From Burkholderiales bacterium (lineage in GTDB: Bacteria > Pseudomonadota > Gammaproteobacteria > Burkholderiales > Usitatibacteraceae): a stretch of 64,000 nucleotides of DNA. Below, piece after piece: positions 43,051 to 51,726 of this stretch; position 1 is the stretch's first letter; the number at the start of each line of letters is the position of its first letter. The notes under the pieces are model-generated. The model was not told the DNA's origin. It did not search any database and was given only the letters and a program-made list of their open reading frames with translations. Where the stretch lies: the NCBI GenBank assembly GCA_031381925.1, contig JANMYH010000234.1:2676-66675 (forward strand). The letters are read 5' to 3'. Made by a program: the position numbers and the translations under genes.

Positions 43051-44279
43051 CCCAGTCTCCCGGTCTCAGCCGCCGCGACGCATTCCTCCATCGACGCGAG
43101 CATCGGCACATACCCGTAGCCGCCGAGGATGTTGACCAGCTTGGCGCTGTTGGTGGCGAGCGTCTTCCAGCCGTTGGCCTCTGCGATCTCGCGCGCGTAC
43201 GACTGGTAGAAGCACATACCCGAGTAGACGCTGCCGCCGGCCGCCTCGATGCGCCGCGTGTAGCCGAAGCGGTCGGAATCGGGCTTCACCTGCGGACTGG
43301 TGACGGCCAGCAGCGGGATCTTGAATTTGCGCCCGTCGCAGAGTTCGGCGAGTGCGCGCAACTCGTAAAGGCTCAGCTGCGGCGCCGAGAACACGACCAC
43401 GTCCACTTTGGTGTCCACCGCGAACGATTGCTGCAGCGCCTTCACCTCGGCACGGCCGACGCGATGCTCCGGGAGCCCCTCGCCACCGACGTCGGCGAGC
43501 CTGGAAGCCTCGGGCGTGATGCCGACGATGTGAAACAGCGCGATCGAACCGAAGCTCGCCATGGCCGCGCCGAAATGCTTCAGCTCGTCGGAGGTCGGCG
43601 CGCGCTCGATTCCCTCGACCACGGGGACCGACCAGTAGTTACCGGCGATGCGGCCAATGACGCCGCCGAGCGCGCCCCAGTCGTTTAGCGACTCGGGTGT
43701 CCAGTTGACGCGCACACGCACGGTGGCCTGCCGGTGCGCATCGAGGTGAAAGCCGTAGCGTGGCGTGCGGCCGGTGATTCCCGCCGACAGCGCCGACGGC
43801 CCGCCCTCGAAGTTGGAGCGCGCACCGCACACCGAGTTCGAGTAGATCACCACCCCGGTATCGCCGAATGCCACGTGTTCGCCGCGTGTGGCGGCAAGCA
43901 CCGTCTGGTAGTTGATGCAGGTGTCGGTCATCGAGACACCGAGCTTCACGAATGCGGCGATCGCGCGCCTTTCGAGATCGACCATCCAGTCGGCCTGCTT
44001 CAGTTCCTTGGCCTTGGTGAAATCGGTTCCACGCGGATCGGTGATCGTCGGAATGCGCACCGTGCGGCTGCCCTCCTTGGTCGCGGCAAGCGACTCCAGC
44101 CAGCGCACGCCCGCTTCCCCAAGGCTCTCGGTGTCGGCCATCACGTGCGCCTGGGTCACCGCCACGAAGTCGCGTGCGCCGAAGAATTCGCCGACCTTCA
44201 CCTGGTGCGCCAGTGCGAGCCGCGGCACCGCGCCGAGCTGGCCCGCGAGCATCGCCTTCTCGTCGTCGTTCAGTTGCAT
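43047..44279 (-). CDS. aconitase X catalytic subunit (DUF521)
   Basis: 'DDEKAMLAG', 'VTQAHVMADTESLGEAG', 'TDTCINYQ', 'SNSVCGARSNFEGGPSAL'. AAGGGAG RBS. Confidence 0.75.
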   Translation of the reverse strand: MQLNDDEKAMLAGQLGAVPRLALAHQVKVGEFFGARDFVAVTQAHVMADTESLGEAGVRWLESLAATKEGSRTVRIPTITDPRGTDFTKAKELKQADWMVDLERRAIAAFVKLGVSMTDTCINYQTVLAATRGEHVAFGDTGVVIYSNSVCGARSNFEGGPSALSAGITGRTPRYGFHLDAHRQATVRVRVNWTPESLNDWGALGGVIGRIAGNYWSVPVVEGIERAPTSDELKHFGAAMASFGSIALFHIVGITPEASRLADVGGEGLPEHRVGRAEVKALQQSFAVDTKVDVVVFSAPQLSLYELRALAELCDGRKFKIPLLAVTSPQVKPDSDRFGYTRRIEAAGGSVYSGMCFYQSYAREIAEANGWKTLATNSAKLVNILGGYGYVPMLASMEECVAAAETGRLG

Positions 44280-44295
44280 CTTTGAACTCCCTTCG

Positions 44296-45291
44296 TCATT
44301 CCGCGATTGCGCCCGAGTCGCGCACGGCCTTGCCCCATTTCGCCACTTCCCTCTTCTGGAACTCGGCGAGCGACAGAGTCTCTGTAGCCGGTTGCACGCC
44401 GAGGTTGCCGAGTTTTTCCGTGAACGAGTCAGAGCGCGCGATTCGCTCGATCTCGTTGCGCAGCGTGGTCACGACGGCGGCAGGCATGTTGGCGGGCCCG
44501 AACACCGCCCACCATGCGGTCGATTCGAAATCCTTCACGCCCGCTTCGTCGAGCGTCGGCACGTCCGGCAAGGCGGGAGAGCGTTTCTTGCCGCTGATCG
44601 CCAACGCGCGCAGCTTGCCGGCTCGCACGTGCTGGATCACCGATTGAAGCGGATCGAACATCATCGGGATCTGGTTGCCGAGCAGGTCGGTCACCGCGGG
44701 GGCACTGCCCTTGTACGGAACGTGCTGCAGCTTTAGCCCCGACGCCGTGGCGAACATCTCACCCGTGAGATGGCCTGGCGTCCCGTTGCCCGCCGAGCCG
44801 AAACTCACACTTCCGGGGTTCGACCTGGCTTGCGCGATGAGGTCTTTCACTGAACCGATCGCGACCGCCGGGTTCACGACCACGGCGACCGGGGCGCTCG
44901 CGACCAGCGCGATCGGCGTGAAGTCGCGTACCGGATCGTGCGGCAGCTTGCGGTAAAGGGCGCCGTTGATCGCATTCGTGCCCACGGTACCCATCAACAG
45001 GGTATAGCCGTCGGGAGACGACTTGGCGACCACGTCGGCACCGATCGTACCGCCGGCGCCACCGCGGTTGTCGACGATCACGGTTTGCTTCAGTGACTCG
45101 CCGAGCAACTGCGCCAGGGGGCGCGCGACGATGTCGGTCGGACCGCCCGGCGGGAAGGGCACGACAAGGCGGATCGGCTTGTCCGGGAAGGACTGGGCTG
45201 CCGCCGGACCGGGCGCGGCGCCAGCGGCGACGCTCAGGAAGAGGACGGCCAGAACGGAACGCCGGCCGGATCGATCGGTTGCGGTCTTCAT
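44296..45291 (-). CDS. Bug-family (TctC-like) substrate-binding protein
   Basis: Start trimmed to ATG 45291 behind the AGGAGGAG RBS. Signal peptide, 'FPDKPIRLVVPFPPGGPTDIVARPLAQ', 'DNRGGAGGTIGADVVAKSSPDGYTLL'. Confidence 0.85.
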   Translation of the reverse strand: MKTATDRSGRRSVLAVLFLSVAAGAAPGPAAAQSFPDKPIRLVVPFPPGGPTDIVARPLAQLLGESLKQTVIVDNRGGAGGTIGADVVAKSSPDGYTLLMGTVGTNAINGALYRKLPHDPVRDFTPIALVASAPVAVVVNPAVAIGSVKDLIAQARSNPGSVSFGSAGNGTPGHLTGEMFATASGLKLQHVPYKGSAPAVTDLLGNQIPMMFDPLQSVIQHVRAGKLRALAISGKKRSPALPDVPTLDEAGVKDFESTAWWAVFGPANMPAAVVTTLRNEIERIARSDSFTEKLGNLGVQPATETLSLAEFQKREVAKWGKAVRDSGAIAE

Positions 45292-45325
45292 GGTCTCCTC
45301 CTGATTGTCGGATACCTGCCATGAC

Positions 45326-45922
45326 CTACTGCGCCTGCAACCGCTCCCGCATCCGCCGCGCTTCATCGCCCATGCGCGTGAAGTGGAAATCCTTCAGCTC
45401 GGGCTGCAGGTTGCCACCCGACCACAATGCCGAGGACTCGGGTTCGATCACCAACTCGACGAAGCGCGGGCCATGCGAGAGAAGCAATTCCGGCATCGCG
45501 GCGTCGAGCTCCGCCGCTGTGGAAAGTCGCATTACCGCCGCGTTGCCCGCAGCCTTCGCGAGGCCCGTGAAGTCCAGCGCGGCGGCCGACGGGATGGGGA
45601 TGTTGGCGAGGTTCTCGAACCACACGCCGTTGTTGAAGACGAAATGCACGAAGTTCGGCGGACGAATTTCTGCAGTGCTCACCAGGGACCCGAGCTGCAT
45701 GACGAGGCTTCCGTCGCCATCGAGCACCAGCACCGGGCGATCCGGTTGTGCGACGGCAATCCCCAACCCCAGGGCGCTCGCGCCACCCATGAGGGGGACG
45801 CAGGCGATATTGAGGCCTTCGGGATCCAGCCTGTCCACATGCTTGATCGCGGACATCGTGCTCACGACGATGGAGCGGCCGCGATGCTTGATGATGGTTT
45901 CAACGGCTTCACTGCATTTCAT
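45326..45922 (-). CDS. TPP-dependent enzyme, beta subunit (C-terminal TPP-binding domain; ComE/sulfopyruvate-decarboxylase-like)
   Basis: 'LVLDGDGSLVMQLGSLVSTAEIRPPNFVHFVFNNG' is the GDG-x24-27-NN TPP motif. About 200 aa, stand-alone. Confidence 0.7.
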   Translation of the reverse strand: MKCSEAVETIIKHRGRSIVVSTMSAIKHVDRLDPEGLNIACVPLMGGASALGLGIAVAQPDRPVLVLDGDGSLVMQLGSLVSTAEIRPPNFVHFVFNNGVWFENLANIPIPSAAALDFTGLAKAAGNAAVMRLSTAAELDAAMPELLLSHGPRFVELVIEPESSALWSGGNLQPELKDFHFTRMGDEARRMRERLQAQ

Positions 45923-45931
45923 GGCGACTCC

Positions 45932-46486
45932 TCAATTCCAGGACAGGTTGCGGTCGAAAACCACCGCGACGGGCGCGCTGCGTTTGGCGGCCTCCGCGTA
46001 GGCTTCGGAAATCCGGCCCACCTGGTCGGCACGATCGATCTTCCAGAACGCAATCTCGAGCGTCTCGAGCAGGGGCTCGAGCATGCGCACGATCCTGCGT
46101 CTGGACTTGCGCGGAGACTCGCCGAAGTTCTCTACCTCTCGGCCGAACTGCCCCATGAGGATGACGAGGGGGATCCCCGTATCGAGGCCGATGCCACGCA
46201 CCGCGTTGAGCCCGGCGTACAGGCCCTGCTGCTGGATGACGACCGCGGACCGGGATCCCCCGATGTAGAGACCCCCGGCGACCATGAAGGCCTCATGCTC
46301 GGTGCAACAGGAGAGCGTGCGGATCCTGTCCTGCTTCTCGAGGGCACGGTGCAGCGGAATCTGCACCCAGTCGGGCACGGTCACCACGAATCGCACGTCG
46401 TTCTTCTCGAGCTCGCGAAGCACAGCGCCGCCCGTGGGCGGGGCCGAGGTCTTCGGCTGGGAAGATGCCGCTGGTTGGGTCTGCAT
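45932..46486 (-). CDS. TPP-dependent enzyme, alpha subunit (N-terminal pyrimidine-binding domain; ComD-like)
   Basis: Track ORF trimmed to ATG 46486. 'VRFVVTVPDWVQIPLH', 'CCTEHEAFMVAGGLYIGG' (catalytic Glu context), 'PLVILMGQ'. Confidence 0.65.
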   Translation of the reverse strand: MQTQPAASSQPKTSAPPTGGAVLRELEKNDVRFVVTVPDWVQIPLHRALEKQDRIRTLSCCTEHEAFMVAGGLYIGGSRSAVVIQQQGLYAGLNAVRGIGLDTGIPLVILMGQFGREVENFGESPRKSRRRIVRMLEPLLETLEIAFWKIDRADQVGRISEAYAEAAKRSAPVAVVFDRNLSWN

Positions 46487-46503
46487 GGGGGTCCTTTCGG
46501 GGG

Positions 46504-48111
46504 TCACTTGAGTGCGTCCTCCAGGATCATGATCGATGCCTTCTCGGCGATCATGGCCACGGGGGCGTTGGTGTTGCCGGAGTTGATGGTGGGCATGATC
46601 GAGCAGTCCACGACCCGCAGGCCGTGCAGGCCGCGAACGCGAAGGCGGGAATCGACCACTGCCATCGGGTCCGAACCCATCTTGCAGGTTCCCGCCGGGT
46701 GGAAGATCGTCGCCCCGTACTGGCGGCAGAACTCCACCAGGTCGGCGTCGGTCTTTGCCTGCGGTCCGGGCCGGTATTCGCTGAGGGTGTACGGCTCCAT
46801 GGCCTGGGTGTTCGCAAGCCTGCGCGCATAGCGCACGCCTTCGAGCGAGCAACGCCAGTCCAGCTCCGTGGTGAGGTAGTTCGCGTGGATGGCGGGAGCG
46901 TCGCGCGAGTCTTTCGACCGGACGTGGATCGAACCGCGCGAAGTGGGTCGCAGCTGGCACACGCTGAACGTGAAGCCGGGGAAGTCATGGGGCTTGCCGG
47001 CAGCCGTTTCCGCTGAAAGCGCCGCGAAGTGGAACTGGATGTCCGGCGTCTTCGATTCGGGCAGCACCTTCGTGAACAGCCCGCAATGGTTGATCCCCAC
47101 GCACATCGGGCCGGAGCGCTTGAAAATCCATTTCATGCCGATACCGATGCGCCGCCAGAACGATCCCAGCTCGTCGTTGGTGGTGATCGGCTTTTTGCAC
47201 TTGTACATCAGCCGGAGCTGCAGGTGATCCTGGAGGTTCTCGCCCACGCCCGGGACATCGGCGACCACCGGGATGCCCTGTTCCTGGAGCCGCTTGGCCT
47301 GCCCCACGCCCGAGAGCTCGAGCAGCTGCGGGCTTTGTACCGCTCCGGCGGCGAGGATAACCTCGCGTGTGGCACGCGCTTCGACGATCTTGCCGTCGTG
47401 CTGGTAGCGTACGCCGCTCGCACGCGTTCCCTCGAACAGGACTTGCGAGACGTGGGCGTGCGTCTGCACCGTCAGATGCTCGCGGTGGCGCGCCGACCGC
47501 AGGTAGCCCACGGCGGTCGAGCATCGCCAGCCGTTGCGTGTGAAGAGTTGGTAGTAACCCACCCCCTCCTGTCGCGCGCCGTTGAAATCGTCGGTCGTCG
47601 GTACGCCGAGCTCGTTGCCGCCGCGGATGATCGCCTCCATCAACTCGGGGCGCTCGTGGATGTCGGAACAGGCGAGAGGCCCGGAACCGCCGTGGTATTC
47701 GCTCTCGCCGCGTTCATTGCGCTCGAGCTTGCGAAACAAGGGAAGGACATCTTTCCAGGCCCAGCCCTCGTTGCCGGCCTGTGCCCACAAGTCGTAGTCC
47801 TCGGCCTGCCCGCGAATATAAATGAGGCCGTTGATGGAGCTCGAGCCTCCCAGCACACGGCCCCGGGGCCAGTAGAGCTTGCGGTTCTTCAACTCCGGCT
47901 CCGGCTCGGTCTCGAATCCCCAGTTGTACCGGGGATTGAACATCGTCTTCGCATACCCGATGGGAATGTGGATCCAGGGGTACCAATCCCGAGGCCCGGA
48001 CTCGAGCAGGAGCACGGAGTACTTGCCGCTTTCCGTGAGACGGCTCGCGAGGACGCAGCCCGCCGTTCCGGCGCCCGCGACGATGTAGTCGAATTGTAGG
48101 GCGGTCGTCAT
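46504..48111 (-). CDS. GMC-family FAD oxidoreductase (choline dehydrogenase-like)
   Basis: 'FDYIVAGAGTAGCVLASRL', 'RGRVLGGSSSINGLIY', 'HPAGTCKMG'. ATG 48111 overlaps the GntR stop (ATGA). Confidence 0.85.
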   Translation of the reverse strand: MTTALQFDYIVAGAGTAGCVLASRLTESGKYSVLLLESGPRDWYPWIHIPIGYAKTMFNPRYNWGFETEPEPELKNRKLYWPRGRVLGGSSSINGLIYIRGQAEDYDLWAQAGNEGWAWKDVLPLFRKLERNERGESEYHGGSGPLACSDIHERPELMEAIIRGGNELGVPTTDDFNGARQEGVGYYQLFTRNGWRCSTAVGYLRSARHREHLTVQTHAHVSQVLFEGTRASGVRYQHDGKIVEARATREVILAAGAVQSPQLLELSGVGQAKRLQEQGIPVVADVPGVGENLQDHLQLRLMYKCKKPITTNDELGSFWRRIGIGMKWIFKRSGPMCVGINHCGLFTKVLPESKTPDIQFHFAALSAETAAGKPHDFPGFTFSVCQLRPTSRGSIHVRSKDSRDAPAIHANYLTTELDWRCSLEGVRYARRLANTQAMEPYTLSEYRPGPQAKTDADLVEFCRQYGATIFHPAGTCKMGSDPMAVVDSRLRVRGLHGLRVVDCSIMPTINSGNTNAPVAMIAEKASIMILEDALK

Positions 48112-48953
48112 TTGGCCTGCAGGTGGGGACTCGGGATTTCGAGATGGCGTGCTCCGGCGGGGATGTAGATCCGCTGGAAGGACACGGGCGCCTGGTGGTG
48201 TGTGAAGGAAAAAACCTCGAGGACCATCCCGAAGCATTTCTTCTTCGCAAGCTTCATCGCCGAACCGATCTCGTCCGGAAACTCGATGGCATAGGCATGT
48301 TGCGTGATCGAAAGCGTGGGCGCGTTGAAATGCTCTGCAAGAAGCGTGCGGATCCTCACGCGATGCAATTCCTGGAATGGCATCGAGAGAACCTTTCCGA
48401 AACGGTTCCCGTCGATATAGAACTCGCTCAGGCAGTCGAATTCGCCCGCCACGTTGATGCGCCGGCGCACGCGAATGAAGCTTGTCCCTTCCCGCAGGAA
48501 CATCGACCAGGGTCCCTTCGCCTTGACCATCTTGCGATCGAGTGCCTCCGCATACACCGGGACGAGGGCCACGCCGTCGTCGCCCACGAAGCGGAAATGC
48601 AGAAGCTGGCTGGCCTGGGAGCCGGCGGCTACGAAAGTACCGTGGCCGTGCTGGCGCACGAGCACGTTGCCCGCGGCGAGACGGGCCAGCGCTTTCTGCA
48701 CCGTACCGAGGCTCAGTCCCACCTTATCGGCGATCTCCTTCTCCGGCGGCAGCTTGTCGCCTGGCGCCCAGTGGCCGTCGGCCATCAAGTTGAGCATTCC
48801 CGCACGCAGCCGGCTGTGGCGCGGCTCGTCGCTGCCTTCGCCGGCAAGGAGTGTCACGCGCAGCCGCTCGAGCGCGCCCGGCCCGGAGGACTCCCTGGCC
48901 GGGCCGGCGGCCCGGGTTTCGCGCGAAGATTCGTATCCCATTTGCTTTTTCAT
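48108..48953 (-). CDS. GntR-family (HutC/UTRA-type) transcriptional regulator
   Basis: Winged helix 'LPPEKEIADKVGLSLGTVQKALARLAAGNVLVRQHGHGTFV' followed by a UTRA-sized C-terminal domain. The N-terminal extension makes the exact start uncertain. Confidence 0.8.
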   Translation of the reverse strand: MKKQMGYESSRETRAAGPARESSGPGALERLRVTLLAGEGSDEPRHSRLRAGMLNLMADGHWAPGDKLPPEKEIADKVGLSLGTVQKALARLAAGNVLVRQHGHGTFVAAGSQASQLLHFRFVGDDGVALVPVYAEALDRKMVKAKGPWSMFLREGTSFIRVRRRINVAGEFDCLSEFYIDGNRFGKVLSMPFQELHRVRIRTLLAEHFNAPTLSITQHAYAIEFPDEIGSAMKLAKKKCFGMVLEVFSFTHHQAPVSFQRIYIPAGARHLEIPSPHLQAK

Positions 48954-48970
48954 CGGGAGTCAGATACAGT

Positions 48971-48992
48971 GAAGCTTCATAGCTATATAGCT
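48971..48992. promoter_or_regulatory. candidate operator: palindromes GAAGCTTC and AGCTATATAGCT in the divergent GntR/ABC intergenic region
   Basis: Perfect 8-bp (48971-48978) and 12-bp (48981-48992) palindromes. They form the only AT-rich patch in the 107-nt gap between the divergent starts at 48953 and 49061. Confidence 0.35.
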
Positions 48993-49060
48993 TAGGCGCT
49001 TTTGGATGGGAATGCAAGGCCGGTTCCCCAAGACCGGGCGCCAACGGAGGAGGAGGATCC

Positions 49061-49864
49061 ATGCGAGGCATCGCAAGAGGAACCCGCCACTCGCAGGCGG
49101 GCGCGGCGCGCGTGCTGGGCTTGCTATACGGCGCGGCGTCGTTCGCCGTGATCATCGCCATCTGGGCGCTGATGTGGTGGAGCAAGGTCGTCGACCCGGG
49201 GCTGCTCCCCTCGCCGGCGGAGGTCTTCCGCCATTTCATCAAGATGATGACCGAGAAGCAGCTCTGGCTCGACATCCTGCTTTCGTCGAGGCGCGTGCTC
49301 ATCGGCGTCGTCTGCGGCCTCGCGCTCGCCATCCCGGTAGGCTTTCTCCTGGGCTGGTATCGGGGGCTGCGTGCCTTCGTCGACCCGGTCATCAATTTCT
49401 TCCGCGCCCTGCCGCCAATCGCGCTGATCCCGCTCGTGATCGTCTATTTCGGCATTGGCGAGCCGGCGCGGGTCTCGGTGCTCATCTATGCCGCGTTCTT
49501 CAGCGGCGTGATCGTGATCTACGAGGGCATCAAGCTCATCCCTCCGATCTACATCCGGGTCTCCAAGGCGCTGGGCGCCACCGACTTCGAAATCTTCCGG
49601 CGCATCGTGATTCCCGCGGCGCTTCCGCACGTGCTGACGGCGTTCCGCATCGCGGTGGGCGTCTGCTGGACCACCCTCGTGGCTGCCGAACTGGTGGCCG
49701 CCGAACGCGGCCTCGGCGCGGTGATCGTGAGTGGACAGAACTACTTCCAGGTGCCTACCATCTTCGTCGGCATCATCATGATCGGGACCGTGGCACTCAT
49801 CATGGACAAGCTCCTGCGCCTCGCTACCACCCGTCTCCTCTCCTGGCAGGAGTCCCTCCAATGA
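49061..49864 (+). CDS. ABC transporter permease, NitT/TauT (sulfonate/taurine/nitrate) family
   Basis: Six TM helices. EAA-like loop 'SKALGATDFEIFRRIVIPAALPHV'. (GGA)4 RBS. Confidence 0.8.
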   Translation: MRGIARGTRHSQAGAARVLGLLYGAASFAVIIAIWALMWWSKVVDPGLLPSPAEVFRHFIKMMTEKQLWLDILLSSRRVLIGVVCGLALAIPVGFLLGWYRGLRAFVDPVINFFRALPPIALIPLVIVYFGIGEPARVSVLIYAAFFSGVIVIYEGIKLIPPIYIRVSKALGATDFEIFRRIVIPAALPHVLTAFRIAVGVCWTTLVAAELVAAERGLGAVIVSGQNYFQVPTIFVGIIMIGTVALIMDKLLRLATTRLLSWQESLQ

Positions 49865-50682
49865 GCGCAATTCCCGCGAATCAAGCTCCGCGCGTCACCT
49901 TCGATCACGTTTCCAAGACGTACAAGGGTGCGCAAGGGGACGTGAGGGTCGTTTCCGACGTGTCCTTCTCGCTCGGTGAAGGGGACTTCGTCTCCCTGAT
50001 CGGGCCGTCCGGTTGCGGAAAGACGACGATGCTCCAGATGCTGGCAGGCTTCGTCACGCCCGACGGCGGCTCGGTGACTCTCAACGGCAAGCCCATCGAA
50101 GGCCCGGGCAGCGACCGCGGCGTCATCTTCCAGGAATACGGCGTGTTCCCGTGGCTCACGGTCGAGAGGAACATCGAGTTCGGCCTGACGCTCGGGCGAA
50201 ACGCGAAGCCCGAGGCCGAGCGCAAGACAATCGTCGAGCACTACGTGAAGCTGATGCACCTGAACGGCTTCGAGAAGGCCTACCCGAAGCACCTGTCGGG
50301 CGGGATGCGGCAGCGCCTCGCGCTCGCGCGCGCGTACGCGGTCAACCCGAACATCCTCCTCATGGACGAGCCGTTCGGGGCCCTGGATGCGCAGACTCGC
50401 CTCGCGCTGCAGCTGCAACTGATGGAGGTGCTCACCGAGGAGCGCAAGACGGTGCTGCTGATCACGCACTCGGTGGAGGAGGCGATCTTCCTGTCCACGC
50501 GCATCCTCATCATCAGCGCGCGCCCGTCGCGGATCCTGCGCACCATCGAGGTCCCGTTTCCTTATCCCCGCACTCCCGAGCTGACGGCCACGCCGGAATT
50601 CCAGCGCCTGCGCCTGGAGCTCGAGGAGATCAGCATGCAACAGTTCGCCGAGCAGCAGAAGCTGGCCGCCGGCGCCCAATAG
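49861..50682 (+). CDS. ABC transporter ATP-binding protein, NitT/TauT family
   Basis: ATG 49861 overlaps the permease stop. Walker A 'GPSGCGKTT', signature 'LSGGMRQR', Walker B 'LLMDEP'. Confidence 0.85.
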   Translation: MSAIPANQAPRVTFDHVSKTYKGAQGDVRVVSDVSFSLGEGDFVSLIGPSGCGKTTMLQMLAGFVTPDGGSVTLNGKPIEGPGSDRGVIFQEYGVFPWLTVERNIEFGLTLGRNAKPEAERKTIVEHYVKLMHLNGFEKAYPKHLSGGMRQRLALARAYAVNPNILLMDEPFGALDAQTRLALQLQLMEVLTEERKTVLLITHSVEEAIFLSTRILIISARPSRILRTIEVPFPYPRTPELTATPEFQRLRLELEEISMQQFAEQQKLAAGAQ

Positions 50683-50703
50683 GCAAGCCCAAGGAGATTT
50701 CCC

Positions 50704-51723
50704 ATGAGTCAATTCGCTTCGCGCCGCAAGACCCTCTCCCGACTCGCCGCGCTGGCCGCGGCGCCGTTGGCGGCGAGCCCGTTCCGCCACGTGTATGCCC
50801 AGACTGCCAAGCCCATCCGCATCGGCTATATCCACATCCCGACCTGCGACGCGCAGATGTGGCTGATGAAGGAGCTCGGGACCTACGCAAAGGAAGGCCT
50901 CGATCCCACGTTCACGCGCTTCAATACCGGGATCGAGGGTTTCTCGGCTCTCGTGGGCGGCAGCGTGGACGTGTTGACCACGGGAGGTGTCACCCACAAC
51001 TTTCCGGCGCGCGGGCAGGGCATCGTCGTCCTTCCCAACTGCGTCGAGTTCGGCGGGCAAGTGTTCGGCCGCGGTGACGCGGGCGTGAACTCGCTCAAGG
51101 ACCTCAAGGGCAAGAAGGTCGCGACGACCCTCGGCACAACGGGCCAGATCATCCTGCACACGGCGCTCAAGAGCGTCGGCCTCGATTCGACAAAGGACGT
51201 CGAGATCATCAGCCAGACGATGCCCGCTGCGGTCACCTCGTTCGTGACGGGAAGCGTGGCGGCGCTTTCGACCTGGGTGCCGTTCAACCTGCGCGCGCGC
51301 GATGCCAAGACCGCCAAGCAGATCGCCGAGGCGCACCAGTTCGCGCCGAAAGCCGGATATGTCGTCTCCGCGTATTCCTCGACACGCAAGGTGCTTGACA
51401 GCAATCCCGATCTCGTGAAGCGGCTCGTGGCGGCGTGGGGGCCGGCCAACGAGATGATGCTGAAGAAGAAGGACGAGGTCGCGACGATCCTGCAGACCAA
51501 GTACTACAAGGACGACATGGACATGCGCGACATGCGCGCCAATTTCGAGGCCATGGACCTGTACGATTCCGGGAAGTGGTCCGCGATGATGAAGGATGGC
51601 ACGCTGGTCGGCATGCTGGATTCGGTTACGAACATCTTCGTGGAGATCGGCGCGATGCAGTCGCCGCTTCCCGCGGCGAAGTATTCGGATTTCGCCCTCT
51701 TCTCCGCGGCGTACAAGGCGTAA
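50704..51723 (+). CDS. ABC transporter periplasmic substrate-binding protein (NMT1/SsuA/TauA-like)
   Basis: Signal peptide ending 'HVYAQ'. 'IRIGYIHIPTCDAQMWLMKELG' and 'LKGKKVATTLGTTGQ' are typical of sulfonate/taurine-type SBPs. Confidence 0.7.
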   Translation: MSQFASRRKTLSRLAALAAAPLAASPFRHVYAQTAKPIRIGYIHIPTCDAQMWLMKELGTYAKEGLDPTFTRFNTGIEGFSALVGGSVDVLTTGGVTHNFPARGQGIVVLPNCVEFGGQVFGRGDAGVNSLKDLKGKKVATTLGTTGQIILHTALKSVGLDSTKDVEIISQTMPAAVTSFVTGSVAALSTWVPFNLRARDAKTAKQIAEAHQFAPKAGYVVSAYSSTRKVLDSNPDLVKRLVAAWGPANEMMLKKKDEVATILQTKYYKDDMDMRDMRANFEAMDLYDSGKWSAMMKDGTLVGMLDSVTNIFVEIGAMQSPLPAAKYSDFALFSAAYKA

Positions 51724-51726
51724 GGC

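Noticed and set aside
49006-50682. 558-aa ORF suggesting a permease-ATPase fusion
   Set aside because: The N-terminal 285 codons are an off-frame read of the permease gene. The ATPase begins at ATG 49861, overlapping the permease stop.
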